A DNA stretch of 64,000 nt, from contig BOKR01000001.1 of assembly GCA_016861085.1 (NCBI GenBank), forward strand, positions 195,271-259,270, written 5' to 3'. Under the pieces are notes generated by a model, which was not told where the DNA came from, searched no databases, and was given only the letters and a program-made list of their open reading frames with translations. This document shows, piece after piece, positions 55,419 to 64,000 of this stretch. Every line of letters starts with the position of its first letter. Position 1 is the stretch's first letter. This DNA is from Patescibacteria group bacterium (lineage in GTDB: Bacteria; Patescibacteriota; Microgenomatia; UBA1400; PJMF01). The translations under genes were made by a program, and so were the position numbers.

Positions 55419-58385
55419 TTATCGGTGAGAAGTGTTGAGTTCTTCCCTAAGATATGTTCCTGTTGCTGAATTAGGATTGTTACTAATATTTTCAACGGTA
55501 CCCTGCGCAACAATTTCACCACCATTATCACCACCCTCTGGTCCTAAATCAATAATCCAATCTGAATTCTTGATAACATCTAAGTTATGTTCAATAAGGA
55601 TGACAGTGTTATTTTGTTTGACGAGCTGATCTAAAACTTGAAGTAATTTTTGTACGTCTTCAAAATGTAAACCAGTTGTGGGTTCGTCCAACAAATATAA
55701 AACGTGATCAAGAGTTCTGGTTGAAAGTTCTTTGGCGAGTTTGACTCTTTGCGCTTCTCCACCACTCAGTGTGGGGGCAGGTTGGCCAAGCTTTATGTAT
55801 CCCAACCCTACTTCTTGTAGAGTTGTGACTTTTTTGCTGATTCCCGACTGACTTTTGAAAAAGTTTGCTGCTTCATCAATGGTCATGTCCAAAACTTCGG
55901 CAATATTTTTATCTTTGTACCTCACTTCTAAGGTTTCTTCATTGTAACGTTTTCCATTACAGACATCACAGGTGACATAGACATCTGGCAAGAATTGCAT
56001 TTCAATTTTAATTTGCCCGTCACCTTGACATGCCTCACAGCGTCCACCTTTTACATTGAAACTAAATCTTCCTGATTTGTACCCGCGCATTTGGGCATCT
56101 TTTGTATTAGCAAAAATGGTTCTGATAATATCAAAAATTTTTGTGTATGTTGCGGGATTTGATCTTGGAGTTTTACCAATTGGACTTTGATCAATTAAAG
56201 TGATTCGTTTGACTTCTTCAGGGATTGTGATGGAGTCTATATTGCCCTGCATTCGCTTAGTAGATTTACCGAGCTGTTTTGCAACGTTTGTATACAAAGT
56301 ATCATGGAGCAAGGTTGATTTTCCGGAGCCAGAAATACCGGTGATACAAACAAGTTTTCCAAGCGGAAAATCGACATCAAGATTTTTGAGGTTATGATGT
56401 GTAGCTCCAGTTATTTTTATAGCTGAATGTTTGAGTGGTTCATCATCGCTCACCAATTTTCTTTCTTTAGTATCCTTGTTTCTGGTAATATCCTTTTTTC
56501 GAGCTAAATACTTACCGGTAATAGAATTGTTGCTTGCCATGATTTCTTCTGGTGTTCCCATTGCAACAATTTCACCACCATGGACCCCGGCTTTAGGACC
56601 AATATCCAAAATATAATCGGCTGCCAGCATTACATCACGATCGTGTTCAACGACAATAACGGTATTGCCTTTTTCTTGCAGATTTTTAAGAGTATCGATT
56701 AATTGATGGTTGTCTCTTTGGTGCAGTCCGATGGTTGGTTCATCCAAAATATACAGCACACCAGTTAATCCAGTTCCGATTTGAGAAGCTAGGCGGATTC
56801 TTTGTGCTTCACCACCTGCTAATGTTGATGCTTCACGGCTTAAAGTCAAATAATTGAGACCAACTGAATTCAAAAATCCTAATCGAGTTACAATTTCTTT
56901 TAAAATTGACTCTGCAATAAATGCTTCTTTTTGTGTGATTGATTGTGTATTTTTTTTGAGTGATTGGCTCCATTCGAGTACATTTTTGATTGACAATTTC
57001 GTCACATCTGCAATGCTTTTATTATCAACATGGATGCTTAGAGCCTCTTTTTTCAAGCGATCTCCATTGCAGGTCGGACAAACTTGTTTATGCATGTACT
57101 GACCGATTTCTTTTCTGATAAATTCGGAGTCAGTTTCGTGATAGCGTCGTTCCAAGTTTTTGATGAAGCCTTCAAACTGTTCGTGAACTACAGTCTGTTT
57201 TCCAAAACGGTTTTCACCTTCTACTCTATAGACTGTATCCCCACCATATAACAACATATTTTGAGCTTCTGGACTCATTTCTTCGTAAGCAGTTTTCCTA
57301 AAATCATAGCCAGCTGTCTCAACCACTGCTTTTACCAATCTAGACCACCAAGTGTCAGTACCCATCATTCGGGCAAATGGAATAATTGCTCCTTCACTTA
57401 AAGTGAGGCTTGGAGCAACAATTTTTTCAATATCAATTTTTTGCAGTGTTCCTAACCCATTACAAGTTTCACATGCACCTTGTGGTGAGTTAAAAGAAAA
57501 TAGTCTTGGTTCGATTTCTGAAATAGAAATACCACAATCACTACAGGCTCGTTTTTCACTAAACAATTTATTGGTGTATTGTTGTGGGTTTTCTGGGAAC
57601 TGCAAAGAATCATCTTCAATAAAGCTGGCAATCACCAATCCATCAGCAAGTTTTAAGGATTCTTCAACAGATTGTGCAATTCTACTGCGAAGTGTTTTTC
57701 TTTCTTCTGTATTTCGTAATTGCTGTTTTGAAGCAACAATACGATCGATCACGATATTGATATCATGTTTATTTGTTTTGATAATCGTCAAGTCTTCGTC
57801 AAGTGAGTACATTCTGCCATCAATTTGTGCACGTAAGTATCCCTTTTTTCGTAACGTTTCAAACAGACCAGAAAATTCACCTTTTTTTTGTCTGATAACT
57901 GGAGAAAGTAACACCAGGCGAACTGCTGTTCCAGCCGAACGCAGTTCAACTTCATCAAGGATCTGGTTAACGATCTGATCAATTGATTGGGTGGCAACTT
58001 CTTTACCACAGTTTGGACAGTGTGGGCGGCCAATTCTGGCAAATAGGAGCCGCAAGTAATCGTAGATTTCAGTGATGGTTCCTACAGTTGAACGAGGATT
58101 ATGTGAAGTGGTTTTTTGGTCAATTGAAATCGCGGGAGACAACCCGTCGATTTGGTCGACTTCTGGCTTATGCATCACTCCCAAAAATTGGCGAGCATAT
58201 GAGCTTAAGGATTCTACATAACGTCTTTGGCCTTCTGCATATAAGGTATCAAAGGCTAATGAGCTTTTTCCACTGCCTGAAATCCCGGTAAAAACAACTA
58301 ATTTATTTTTTGGGATTTCGACAGAAATATCTTTGAGGTTATGTTCTCGTGCACCAGTGATTTTGATAGTATCGCGTGTACTCAT
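55419..58385 (-). CDS. uvrA: Excinuclease ABC subunit A
   Basis: Two ABC ATPase modules (GISGSGKSS, twice), zinc-finger Cys clusters, LSGGEAQR signature motifs, 988 aa. Confidence 0.95.
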   Translation of the reverse strand: MSTRDTIKITGAREHNLKDISVEIPKNKLVVFTGISGSGKSSLAFDTLYAEGQRRYVESLSSYARQFLGVMHKPEVDQIDGLSPAISIDQKTTSHNPRSTVGTITEIYDYLRLLFARIGRPHCPNCGKEVATQSIDQIVNQILDEVELRSAGTAVRLVLLSPVIRQKKGEFSGLFETLRKKGYLRAQIDGRMYSLDEDLTIIKTNKHDINIVIDRIVASKQQLRNTEERKTLRSRIAQSVEESLKLADGLVIASFIEDDSLQFPENPQQYTNKLFSEKRACSDCGISISEIEPRLFSFNSPQGACETCNGLGTLQKIDIEKIVAPSLTLSEGAIIPFARMMGTDTWWSRLVKAVVETAGYDFRKTAYEEMSPEAQNMLLYGGDTVYRVEGENRFGKQTVVHEQFEGFIKNLERRYHETDSEFIRKEIGQYMHKQVCPTCNGDRLKKEALSIHVDNKSIADVTKLSIKNVLEWSQSLKKNTQSITQKEAFIAESILKEIVTRLGFLNSVGLNYLTLSREASTLAGGEAQRIRLASQIGTGLTGVLYILDEPTIGLHQRDNHQLIDTLKNLQEKGNTVIVVEHDRDVMLAADYILDIGPKAGVHGGEIVAMGTPEEIMASNNSITGKYLARKKDITRNKDTKERKLVSDDEPLKHSAIKITGATHHNLKNLDVDFPLGKLVCITGISGSGKSTLLHDTLYTNVAKQLGKSTKRMQGNIDSITIPEEVKRITLIDQSPIGKTPRSNPATYTKIFDIIRTIFANTKDAQMRGYKSGRFSFNVKGGRCEACQGDGQIKIEMQFLPDVYVTCDVCNGKRYNEETLEVRYKDKNIAEVLDMTIDEAANFFKSQSGISKKVTTLQEVGLGYIKLGQPAPTLSGGEAQRVKLAKELSTRTLDHVLYLLDEPTTGLHFEDVQKLLQVLDQLVKQNNTVILIEHNLDVIKNSDWIIDLGPEGGDNGGEIVAQGTVENISNNPNSATGTYLREELNTSHR

Positions 58386-58471
58386 ATGAAGTAGGTATTA
58401 TACCGTAAAATCAACGAAAATTGGAGGGTGAAATACGTTTTACATCTTAGTATGGTATAATATCGTTTGAT

Positions 58472-58702
58472 ATGATAAAAGAAATTGTTGATTATTCGAA
58501 ATTAAATACAGAGCATCCTTTTTTGTCAGTTCTTCTGAGAAGAATGCAAACTGATGGAAGTCCTGTTAAGGCATCTGATCAGTTATTTCAAGTATATATG
58601 TTGGCTCAGCAAGTCGGCCTTATTCAAAGAACTGGCGCTGATTTGAAAACATTTGCTTTGACAAAATCGGGTGAAGACTTTTTGGCTGCAATTAGTAAAT
58701 AA
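58472..58702 (+). CDS. Hypothetical small protein of 76 aa
   Basis: ORF that exactly fills the uvrA-uvrB gap on the opposite strand, with TATAAT 9 nt upstream. Confidence 0.35.
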   Translation: MIKEIVDYSKLNTEHPFLSVLLRRMQTDGSPVKASDQLFQVYMLAQQVGLIQRTGADLKTFALTKSGEDFLAAISK

Positions 58703-61030
58703 CTAAGTCAATTCCCTAATAATATCCCTAATAATCGCCGCCAGCTCAAAATCCATGTCCTTCACCGCTTGATTCATGCGTCGCTGTAGTTTTTTTGTTA
58801 ACTTTATTTTATCGTCTGGAGTGAGTGCATTTGAATCTATCTTGAGCAAATCTATTTGTTCACCCTTATTAAGACTGACAACCAACTTACTATCCTCTGA
58901 TTCAAGATCAAGACCACTGCCCCTCTTTTTCTTTTTGTTCTTGTTTTGTTGTTGAATCAATTTCTCTCTGATTGGTTTGGTGATAGATTGCGGATCAATG
59001 CCATGCTCTTGATTAAAGGTAATCTGAATTTTTCTTCTGCGCAGCGTTTCTTCGATGGCTAGCTTCATCGAACCAGTTAAGCGATCTGCATATAAAATCG
59101 AATGTCCCTCTACATGACGTGCAGCTCTTCCCATGGTTTGAATCATAGAGGTTCTTGAACGCAAAAAGCCTTCTTTGTCAGCATCTAGAATCGCTACCAA
59201 AGAAACTTCTGGTAAATCAAGACCTTCACGAAGCAAGTTAATTCCCACCAACACGTCATATTCTCCCCTACGCAGGTCATCCAGAATATCAGAACGCTCT
59301 AAGGTGTCTATATCTGAGTGCAGATATGCCACTTTTGGGTATTCAAACTCGTCTAAGTTAACCTGGTCAGCAGTTTTTACCTGCGAGCGAATATGTGAAA
59401 AGAACTTTTCATCAATTTTACCGATTTCCATTTGTTCGATTGGCAGATCTTCTTGTTGCCAAATAGTCGTTTCCAGTTCATCTTGTTCTTGTGCTGTAGT
59501 TTTACCCTGTTGTTTCTTTTTATATGAGGCAATCAAAGTGTCAATTTTGTTTTTGTCGTTTAAATAATCAGTCAACGCTTCAGCCATTTTTTTTGTTAGG
59601 GTTGTAACGAGGGTTCTTTGCCCTATTTGCTTGCGTTTAATTACTTCAACAACAAGATCCTCAATTTGCCCAGCGGTTGGTCGCAGTTCTATGGTTGGGT
59701 CCACCAACCCTGTTGGGCGAATCAACTGCTCAACAATTTTATTTTCACTTAACTTTATTTCGGTCTCATTTGGCGTAGCTGAAACATAGGTCATGATGTC
59801 GGTTTTACCCATGAACTCTTCAATAGTAAGTGGGCGGTTATCTATGGCACTTGGCAATCTGAAACCATAGTCAATGAGCGTTTGTTTGCGAGATTGGTCA
59901 CCATGATACATGCCTTTAATTTGTGGCAGTGTCATGTGGCTTTCGTCAATGATAGTTAAAAACTGCCCTCCAGAAAACTCGTCAGCATTGTGTTGCAGAT
60001 AGTCAATAAGCGTAAATGGTGGATCACCTGGCTTACGATTATCAAAATATCTTGAGTAATTTTCAATTCCATTCACGAACCCAAACTCTTGCATTTGTCC
60101 AAGATCATAGGTAACTTTTTGTTCTAATCGATATGCCTCAACGATTTTTCCTGCTTCTCGCAGTTCTTTGAGTCGTAGTTGTAGGTCAGCTTTAATTTCT
60201 GCAATAGCTTGAGTTTGACTTTTTGGATCCATTAAATAGTGTTTGGCTGGATAGATGATAAAGCGTTTTTGCTCTGGATTGTATTTGATACCCGAATTAC
60301 TTTCACTTTGGTGAATGTTTGCATTTCCGGGAGCAACAACTAAGCCGCTGATAGGATCAATCCACTTAATTGATTCAATTACATTCTCAAAAGTATCGAT
60401 TCGCAGGGCCTTATCTTCATATGCTGGCCAGAGTTGAATACTATCGCCACGAATTCTATAGGTGCCGCGAGCAAATTCTGTTTCAGAACGATCATATTGT
60501 AAATTAGCAAGTTGAAGCAGTAAAGATTCCCGGGACAACACTTGTCCGACCACTAATTCAAGTGTGTACTTTCCATACTCTACTGGAGAACCCAGGTTAT
60601 AGATACATGAAACTGAAGCAATCACAATACAATCTGGCCTGGTTAACAGATTCGTTGTTGCACTTAAACGCAGTTTATCAATTTCGTCATTAATGGTAGC
60701 TTCTTTTTCGATGTATGTGTCTGTGGTTGGAATATATGCCTCTGGTTGATAGTAATCGTAGTAAGAGACAAAATAACTGACGGCATTTTCTGGGAAAAAG
60801 TCGCGGAACTCCTGATATAGTTGGGCGGCTAAGGTTTTGTTATGGGCGATGATGAGTGTTGGTTTTTGAATTTGTTCAATTACATTAGCCATAGTAAATG
60901 TTTTACCTGACCCGGTTACACCTAACAACGTATGATGACGCTTGCCAAACTGAATGTCAGCAACGAGCTCGCGAATCGCTTGTGGTTGATCTCCAGTTGG
61001 TTGAAATCTGGATTGTAACTTAAATTTCAT
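58703..61030 (-). CDS. uvrB: Excinuclease ABC subunit B
   Basis: FKLQSRFQPTGDQPQAI, Walker A GVTGSGKT, helicase motifs, beta-hairpin region, and a C-terminal UVR domain (ELAAIIRDII). I took the start at the ATG 61028-61030. Confidence 0.9.
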   Translation of the reverse strand: MKFKLQSRFQPTGDQPQAIRELVADIQFGKRHHTLLGVTGSGKTFTMANVIEQIQKPTLIIAHNKTLAAQLYQEFRDFFPENAVSYFVSYYDYYQPEAYIPTTDTYIEKEATINDEIDKLRLSATTNLLTRPDCIVIASVSCIYNLGSPVEYGKYTLELVVGQVLSRESLLLQLANLQYDRSETEFARGTYRIRGDSIQLWPAYEDKALRIDTFENVIESIKWIDPISGLVVAPGNANIHQSESNSGIKYNPEQKRFIIYPAKHYLMDPKSQTQAIAEIKADLQLRLKELREAGKIVEAYRLEQKVTYDLGQMQEFGFVNGIENYSRYFDNRKPGDPPFTLIDYLQHNADEFSGGQFLTIIDESHMTLPQIKGMYHGDQSRKQTLIDYGFRLPSAIDNRPLTIEEFMGKTDIMTYVSATPNETEIKLSENKIVEQLIRPTGLVDPTIELRPTAGQIEDLVVEVIKRKQIGQRTLVTTLTKKMAEALTDYLNDKNKIDTLIASYKKKQQGKTTAQEQDELETTIWQQEDLPIEQMEIGKIDEKFFSHIRSQVKTADQVNLDEFEYPKVAYLHSDIDTLERSDILDDLRRGEYDVLVGINLLREGLDLPEVSLVAILDADKEGFLRSRTSMIQTMGRAARHVEGHSILYADRLTGSMKLAIEETLRRRKIQITFNQEHGIDPQSITKPIREKLIQQQNKNKKKKRGSGLDLESEDSKLVVSLNKGEQIDLLKIDSNALTPDDKIKLTKKLQRRMNQAVKDMDFELAAIIRDIIRELT

Positions 61031-61073
61031 TAATCTTGTATTATACTGTATCCGGGTATAAAATGCGGGTGCT

Positions 61074-61853
61074 ATGCAAAAACAAACACAACTTACCCCC
61101 AAGAGAAAAGAAGTTGAGGGATCAGTGGTTACTGGAAGGCAAACACTTTCTGAGCTACCAAAGATTAAAGAAGTAATAAGTCAAGTTCCTGAGGTCAAGT
61201 TTGGCCGAATTAATCAATTAGCCCAAGATTTAGCCAATGAAATTTATCACCAACTTAGGTACTCAGGTCTCTACTCTGCTGTAGGTCAGGGTTCATTCCG
61301 AGTTGCTGGTAAAAATGAAGAAATTATTATTGGAAGTCCGGTACACCAAATGATTCAAGAGTTCTTTGCTCTTTCGCGGTTACTAGCTTCTCACCAAATG
61401 GCACCAAGAGGAACAGTTTTATTAAACACGATGTGTATTTATTTGGGGTTAGCTCTTGTGAATGATCAGAGTCTGGTTAGAAATGAGAGCCGCAAAAGAC
61501 TCTTACTTGAAACTTTAAACTTGTATCAAATGCCAGTGGGGCTCTATAGTCCCCGAGGGGAAATGGCCCACCCTGAAGCAGTGCAACCGGCGGTACTTTT
61601 TGATATGCAGGAAATCGAAAAGCAATTATTGGTTTTTAGACGGAAAACTGGAAAAGTCAAAGTAGATGTAATTGCATATAATGCTTTGGTGAACAGACTA
61701 AGCTTGCTCTTAAAGACTCATAAAAAAGATCGAGTCATTCAGGATTGGTGTGAGCACAAATTAAAGGAGCTTGAGGTTTTTGCGCAAAGTTTGGCAGCAA
61801 AGATGCAAATCATGGAACTCAATAAGAGGAGCTTATATCGATGGCAAAAGTAA
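61074..61853 (+). CDS. Hypothetical protein
   Basis: 259-aa ORF divergent from uvrB. No motifs. Confidence 0.4.
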   Translation: MQKQTQLTPKRKEVEGSVVTGRQTLSELPKIKEVISQVPEVKFGRINQLAQDLANEIYHQLRYSGLYSAVGQGSFRVAGKNEEIIIGSPVHQMIQEFFALSRLLASHQMAPRGTVLLNTMCIYLGLALVNDQSLVRNESRKRLLLETLNLYQMPVGLYSPRGEMAHPEAVQPAVLFDMQEIEKQLLVFRRKTGKVKVDVIAYNALVNRLSLLLKTHKKDRVIQDWCEHKLKELEVFAQSLAAKMQIMELNKRSLYRWQK

Positions 61854-62404
61854 CTTCAATTACAACAAAAAAAGGCGATGCAGGTGAAAGCTATTTAGCA
61901 GATGGCAAAAAGTTGCCTAAAGATAATTTGGTATTTGAAGTGTTGGGCAATATTGACGAGTTAAATTCACACATTGGCATGGTTGTGGCCCAGCTACGAG
62001 CCACGGTTGTGGTTCAGAAAGAACTGTTGATTGAGCAGCTAGAAGAAGCACAATCAAACTTATATTTGTTAAGTGGAATGGTTGCAGATGCACCAAAGTT
62101 GAGTTTTCCAAAATCAAAGCTAGACAAAATCGAAAAGAACGCAGATGCATTGCAGCAGCAAATGGCCGAAGGATGGACAACCAAGTTTTTATATCCGGGT
62201 GGCAGTGTGATCGGTGCTTATGTGGATATTACTAGAAGTGTGTGTCGCAGATGCGAACGAGTTATTGTGGCTTACTCAAGAGAACAGGCCGTGAAGCCAA
62301 TTGTTTTACAATATGTTAATCGATTGTCGGATTACCTTTTTATTTTGCGCTGCTTTGTAAATCTCCAATTTGGGGTGCGAGAGAAGCAGTTTTCAAAAGG
62401 GTAA
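61841..62404 (+). CDS. PduO-type ATP:cob(I)alamin adenosyltransferase family protein
   Basis: TKKGDAGESYL..DELNSHIG and a C-terminal R..E motif typical of PF01923. Confidence 0.55.
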   Translation: MAKVTSITTKKGDAGESYLADGKKLPKDNLVFEVLGNIDELNSHIGMVVAQLRATVVVQKELLIEQLEEAQSNLYLLSGMVADAPKLSFPKSKLDKIEKNADALQQQMAEGWTTKFLYPGGSVIGAYVDITRSVCRRCERVIVAYSREQAVKPIVLQYVNRLSDYLFILRCFVNLQFGVREKQFSKG

Positions 62405-62473
62405 TTTGCGATAATTTTTATCACAAAATATATCAAATAGAATCAAAAAATATCAAAACAGGACTAAATTGGC

Positions 62474-62549
62474 CTGGTATAGAGCGTAATTTTTTTTGTA
62501 GCGAGAATTAGCAATATATATCTTTGTCTGCTAATTCTCGCTATACCAG
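62474..62549. repeat. Long inverted repeat (15-bp perfect core plus 6-bp outer arms) between lexA and the adenosyltransferase gene
   Basis: TAGCGAGAATTAGCA (62499-62513) / TGCTAATTCTCGCTA (62529-62543), with outer CTGGTA/TACCAG arms and a 19-nt T-rich bulge. Confidence 0.6.
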
Positions 62550-62580
62550 TGTTAAAAAAGTTTGTACTAGCTTTCTACTT

Positions 62581-63201
62581 TTAATACGTAAATCTACGGA
62601 TTAATCCCACTACTCTACCCTGAATTTTTACGTTGGTTGCGTAAATTGGGCTCATACTTGAATTTGCTGGTTCAAGTCTAATTCTGGTAACTTCTTTGTA
62701 GTATCGTTTGAGTGTTGCAAGGCCATTATCAAGCAGTGCAACCACGATGTCACCATTATTTACAGCTGAAGTTTCTTCTATGACCACATAGTCTCCGTCA
62801 TCAATGTGATCCTCAATCATTGAAAGACCTTTAACCTGCAAGACATAAGAGCGTTTTTTCCCGCTGACAATTTCTGGGGAAACTTTAAACGTAGCATCTT
62901 GGTCTGGGTGTGGGTCTATTGGAGAACCAGCAGCGATGAATCCAAGAAATGGTAGATCAATGCTATCAGACATTTTAATGAAGGTCCTGTCTAGTAACTC
63001 GATACCTCGGACTGCTCCTTCATGTTTTCTGATCACTTTTTTGCGAATCAAAGCTTGAATATGCTCATGTACTGTAGCAAGGGAGGAAACACCAATTGAA
63101 TCAGCAATTTCTCGCAGAGTTGGGGAGTAACCATTCTTTTGTATATATTGAGCAATAAAATCAACGATCTGTCTTTGGCGTTTGTATAGAGTAATTGCCA
63201 T
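62581..63201 (-). CDS. lexA: LexA repressor (S24 peptidase)
   Basis: N-terminal wHTH (LTLREIADSIGVSS), a cleavage-site region, a Ser nucleophile (KGLSMIED) and a Lys (LATLKR). Confidence 0.85.
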   Translation of the reverse strand: MAITLYKRQRQIVDFIAQYIQKNGYSPTLREIADSIGVSSLATVHEHIQALIRKKVIRKHEGAVRGIELLDRTFIKMSDSIDLPFLGFIAAGSPIDPHPDQDATFKVSPEIVSGKKRSYVLQVKGLSMIEDHIDDGDYVVIEETSAVNNGDIVVALLDNGLATLKRYYKEVTRIRLEPANSSMSPIYATNVKIQGRVVGLIRRFTY

Positions 63202-63459
63202 AGTTGTTTTTCCCCTTTTTGATACTTTCTGTTTGTTTTGGTTCGGGCGTATCTATCCCGAAGTTGACTCAGCATAACCGAAGTAGTAGCGAACATTCAA
63301 CTAGATCTTTAGAAATCAAAACAGATCAAAAATCAACAGTGTCGAGGAAACTATTAATTTTGGGTATTTCTAACTATTGCATTGGTAGAGGGGATAGAGT
63401 TTGTAAAAGCAAACATGACGAGCTTGTGTCAGGTCGTTTGCGTTGTAAACTCCTGCCCC

Positions 63460-64000
63460 CTATATCAGTGCTCTACCTGTCATAGACGCAGGCTTTGAAA
63501 TTCCCATAATTTTGAGCATGGTAGGCGCGATATCTGCCAGTATTCCTGTTGGTAACATCATGGGTTGGTTTAAATATTGTTTTCCAATAATGATTAATGG
63601 GACTGGGTATGCTGAGTGCTCTGTGTCGATTTCACCAGTCTCATTATTAATCATTTCTTCAACATTCCCATGGTCAGCGGTAATTAAGAGCACCCCACCT
63701 TTGGCCATAATAATGGTAGCAATTTTTCCAATAACTTCATCAACAATTTCACAGGCTTTGATAGCTGCTTCAAGGTTACCAGTGTGTCCAACCATATCGC
63801 CATTACAGATGTTTGCAATGATCACGTCATATTTATCTTGTTGAATTCTATCTATCATCTCGTTGGCGATCTCATAAGCGCTCATTTCTGGAGCCTGATC
63901 ATAAGACTTCACCCCTTTAGATGGAATAATAATTCGATCTTCTCCTGGATACATCACGTCTTGCTGACCATTCATATAGTATGTAACAAAGCGCTCTTTT
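63460..64000 (-). CDS. gpmI: 2,3-bisphosphoglycerate-independent phosphoglycerate mutase, C-terminal part; the gene continues past the window end
   Basis: CNGDMVGHTG and ITADHGN motifs of the iPGM phosphatase domain. TAG stop at 63460-63462. Confidence 0.8.
   Translation of the reverse strand, partial: KERFVTYYMNGQQDVMYPGEDRIIIPSKGVKSYDQAPEMSAYEIANEMIDRIQQDKYDVIIANICNGDMVGHTGNLEAAIKACEIVDEVIGKIATIIMAKGGVLLITADHGNVEEMINNETGEIDTEHSAYPVPLIIIGKQYLNQPMMLPTGILADIAPTMLKIMGISKPASMTGRALI

Noticed and set aside
62405-62470. Repeated TATCAAA motifs, considered as a possible DnaA box cluster
   Set aside because: The best match to TTATCCACA has 3 mismatches. An AT-rich promoter or terminator spacer is more likely.
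63202-63460. Gram-positive Cheo box (CGAAC-N4-GTTCG) upstream of lexA
   Set aside because: Only half-site-like fragments (CGAACATTCAAC) are present, with no proper palindrome.

Overview
This 64 kb window is gene-dense (about 90% coding), low-GC bacterial chromosome, and most genes lie on the minus strand. The gene content points to a small-genome, CPR/Patescibacteria-like organism, but that is an inference from the features below and not a database result. The supporting observations are short forms of PheT, UvrC and trigger factor; an unlinked 16S gene with divergent universal-primer sites; a FemAB-family gene; and many short hypothetical proteins.

Housekeeping genes I can support from the translations and the DNA are listed here.
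- Translation and RNA modification: nusB, tyrS, pheS, pheT, infC-rpmI-rplT, trigger factor, miaB-miaA, mnmA, truB.
- DNA repair: recG, uvrD/pcrA, uvrA, uvrB, uvrC, lexA.
- Central metabolism: gap, tpiA, pyrH, and a partial gpmI at the window end.
- Envelope: a class A PBP, a FemAB-family gene, uppP, an O-antigen-ligase-like membrane protein, and a PEGA/SH3b lipoprotein.
- Proteostasis and other: lon, an interrupted comM/yifB, an AI-2E transporter, a SAM hydroxide adenosyltransferase (DUF62) family gene, a HAD hydrolase, an M20 peptidase, and a PduO-type adenosyltransferase.
- RNA genes: a 16S rRNA with no 23S in the window and its own terminator; tRNA-Val(GAC), tRNA-Cys(GCA) and tRNA-Ile(GAU); and RNase P RNA.

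The most interesting locus is at about 43.7-55.4 kb. Four ATP-grasp amidoligases sit there: two convergent RimK-like paralogs, a RimK-related ligase fused to a retropepsin-like domain, and a CphA-like G-domain protein. They are clustered with a DUF1704/MATCAP-type HExxxH peptidase carrying a QEGLA-like motif, a 7TM membrane protein, a DUF360 membrane protein, and a secreted Cys-His-Asp transglutaminase-like protein, all interleaved with mnmA, truB and uvrC. I read this as a candidate system for adding and trimming C-terminal amino-acid tails on a peptide or protein.

Other notable points are an in-frame TAA stop splitting comM; an overlap of at least 80 nt between the transglutaminase-like gene and uvrC; a conserved 13-mer carrying a -10-like element immediately upstream of uvrA and uvrB; and several intergenic inverted repeats.
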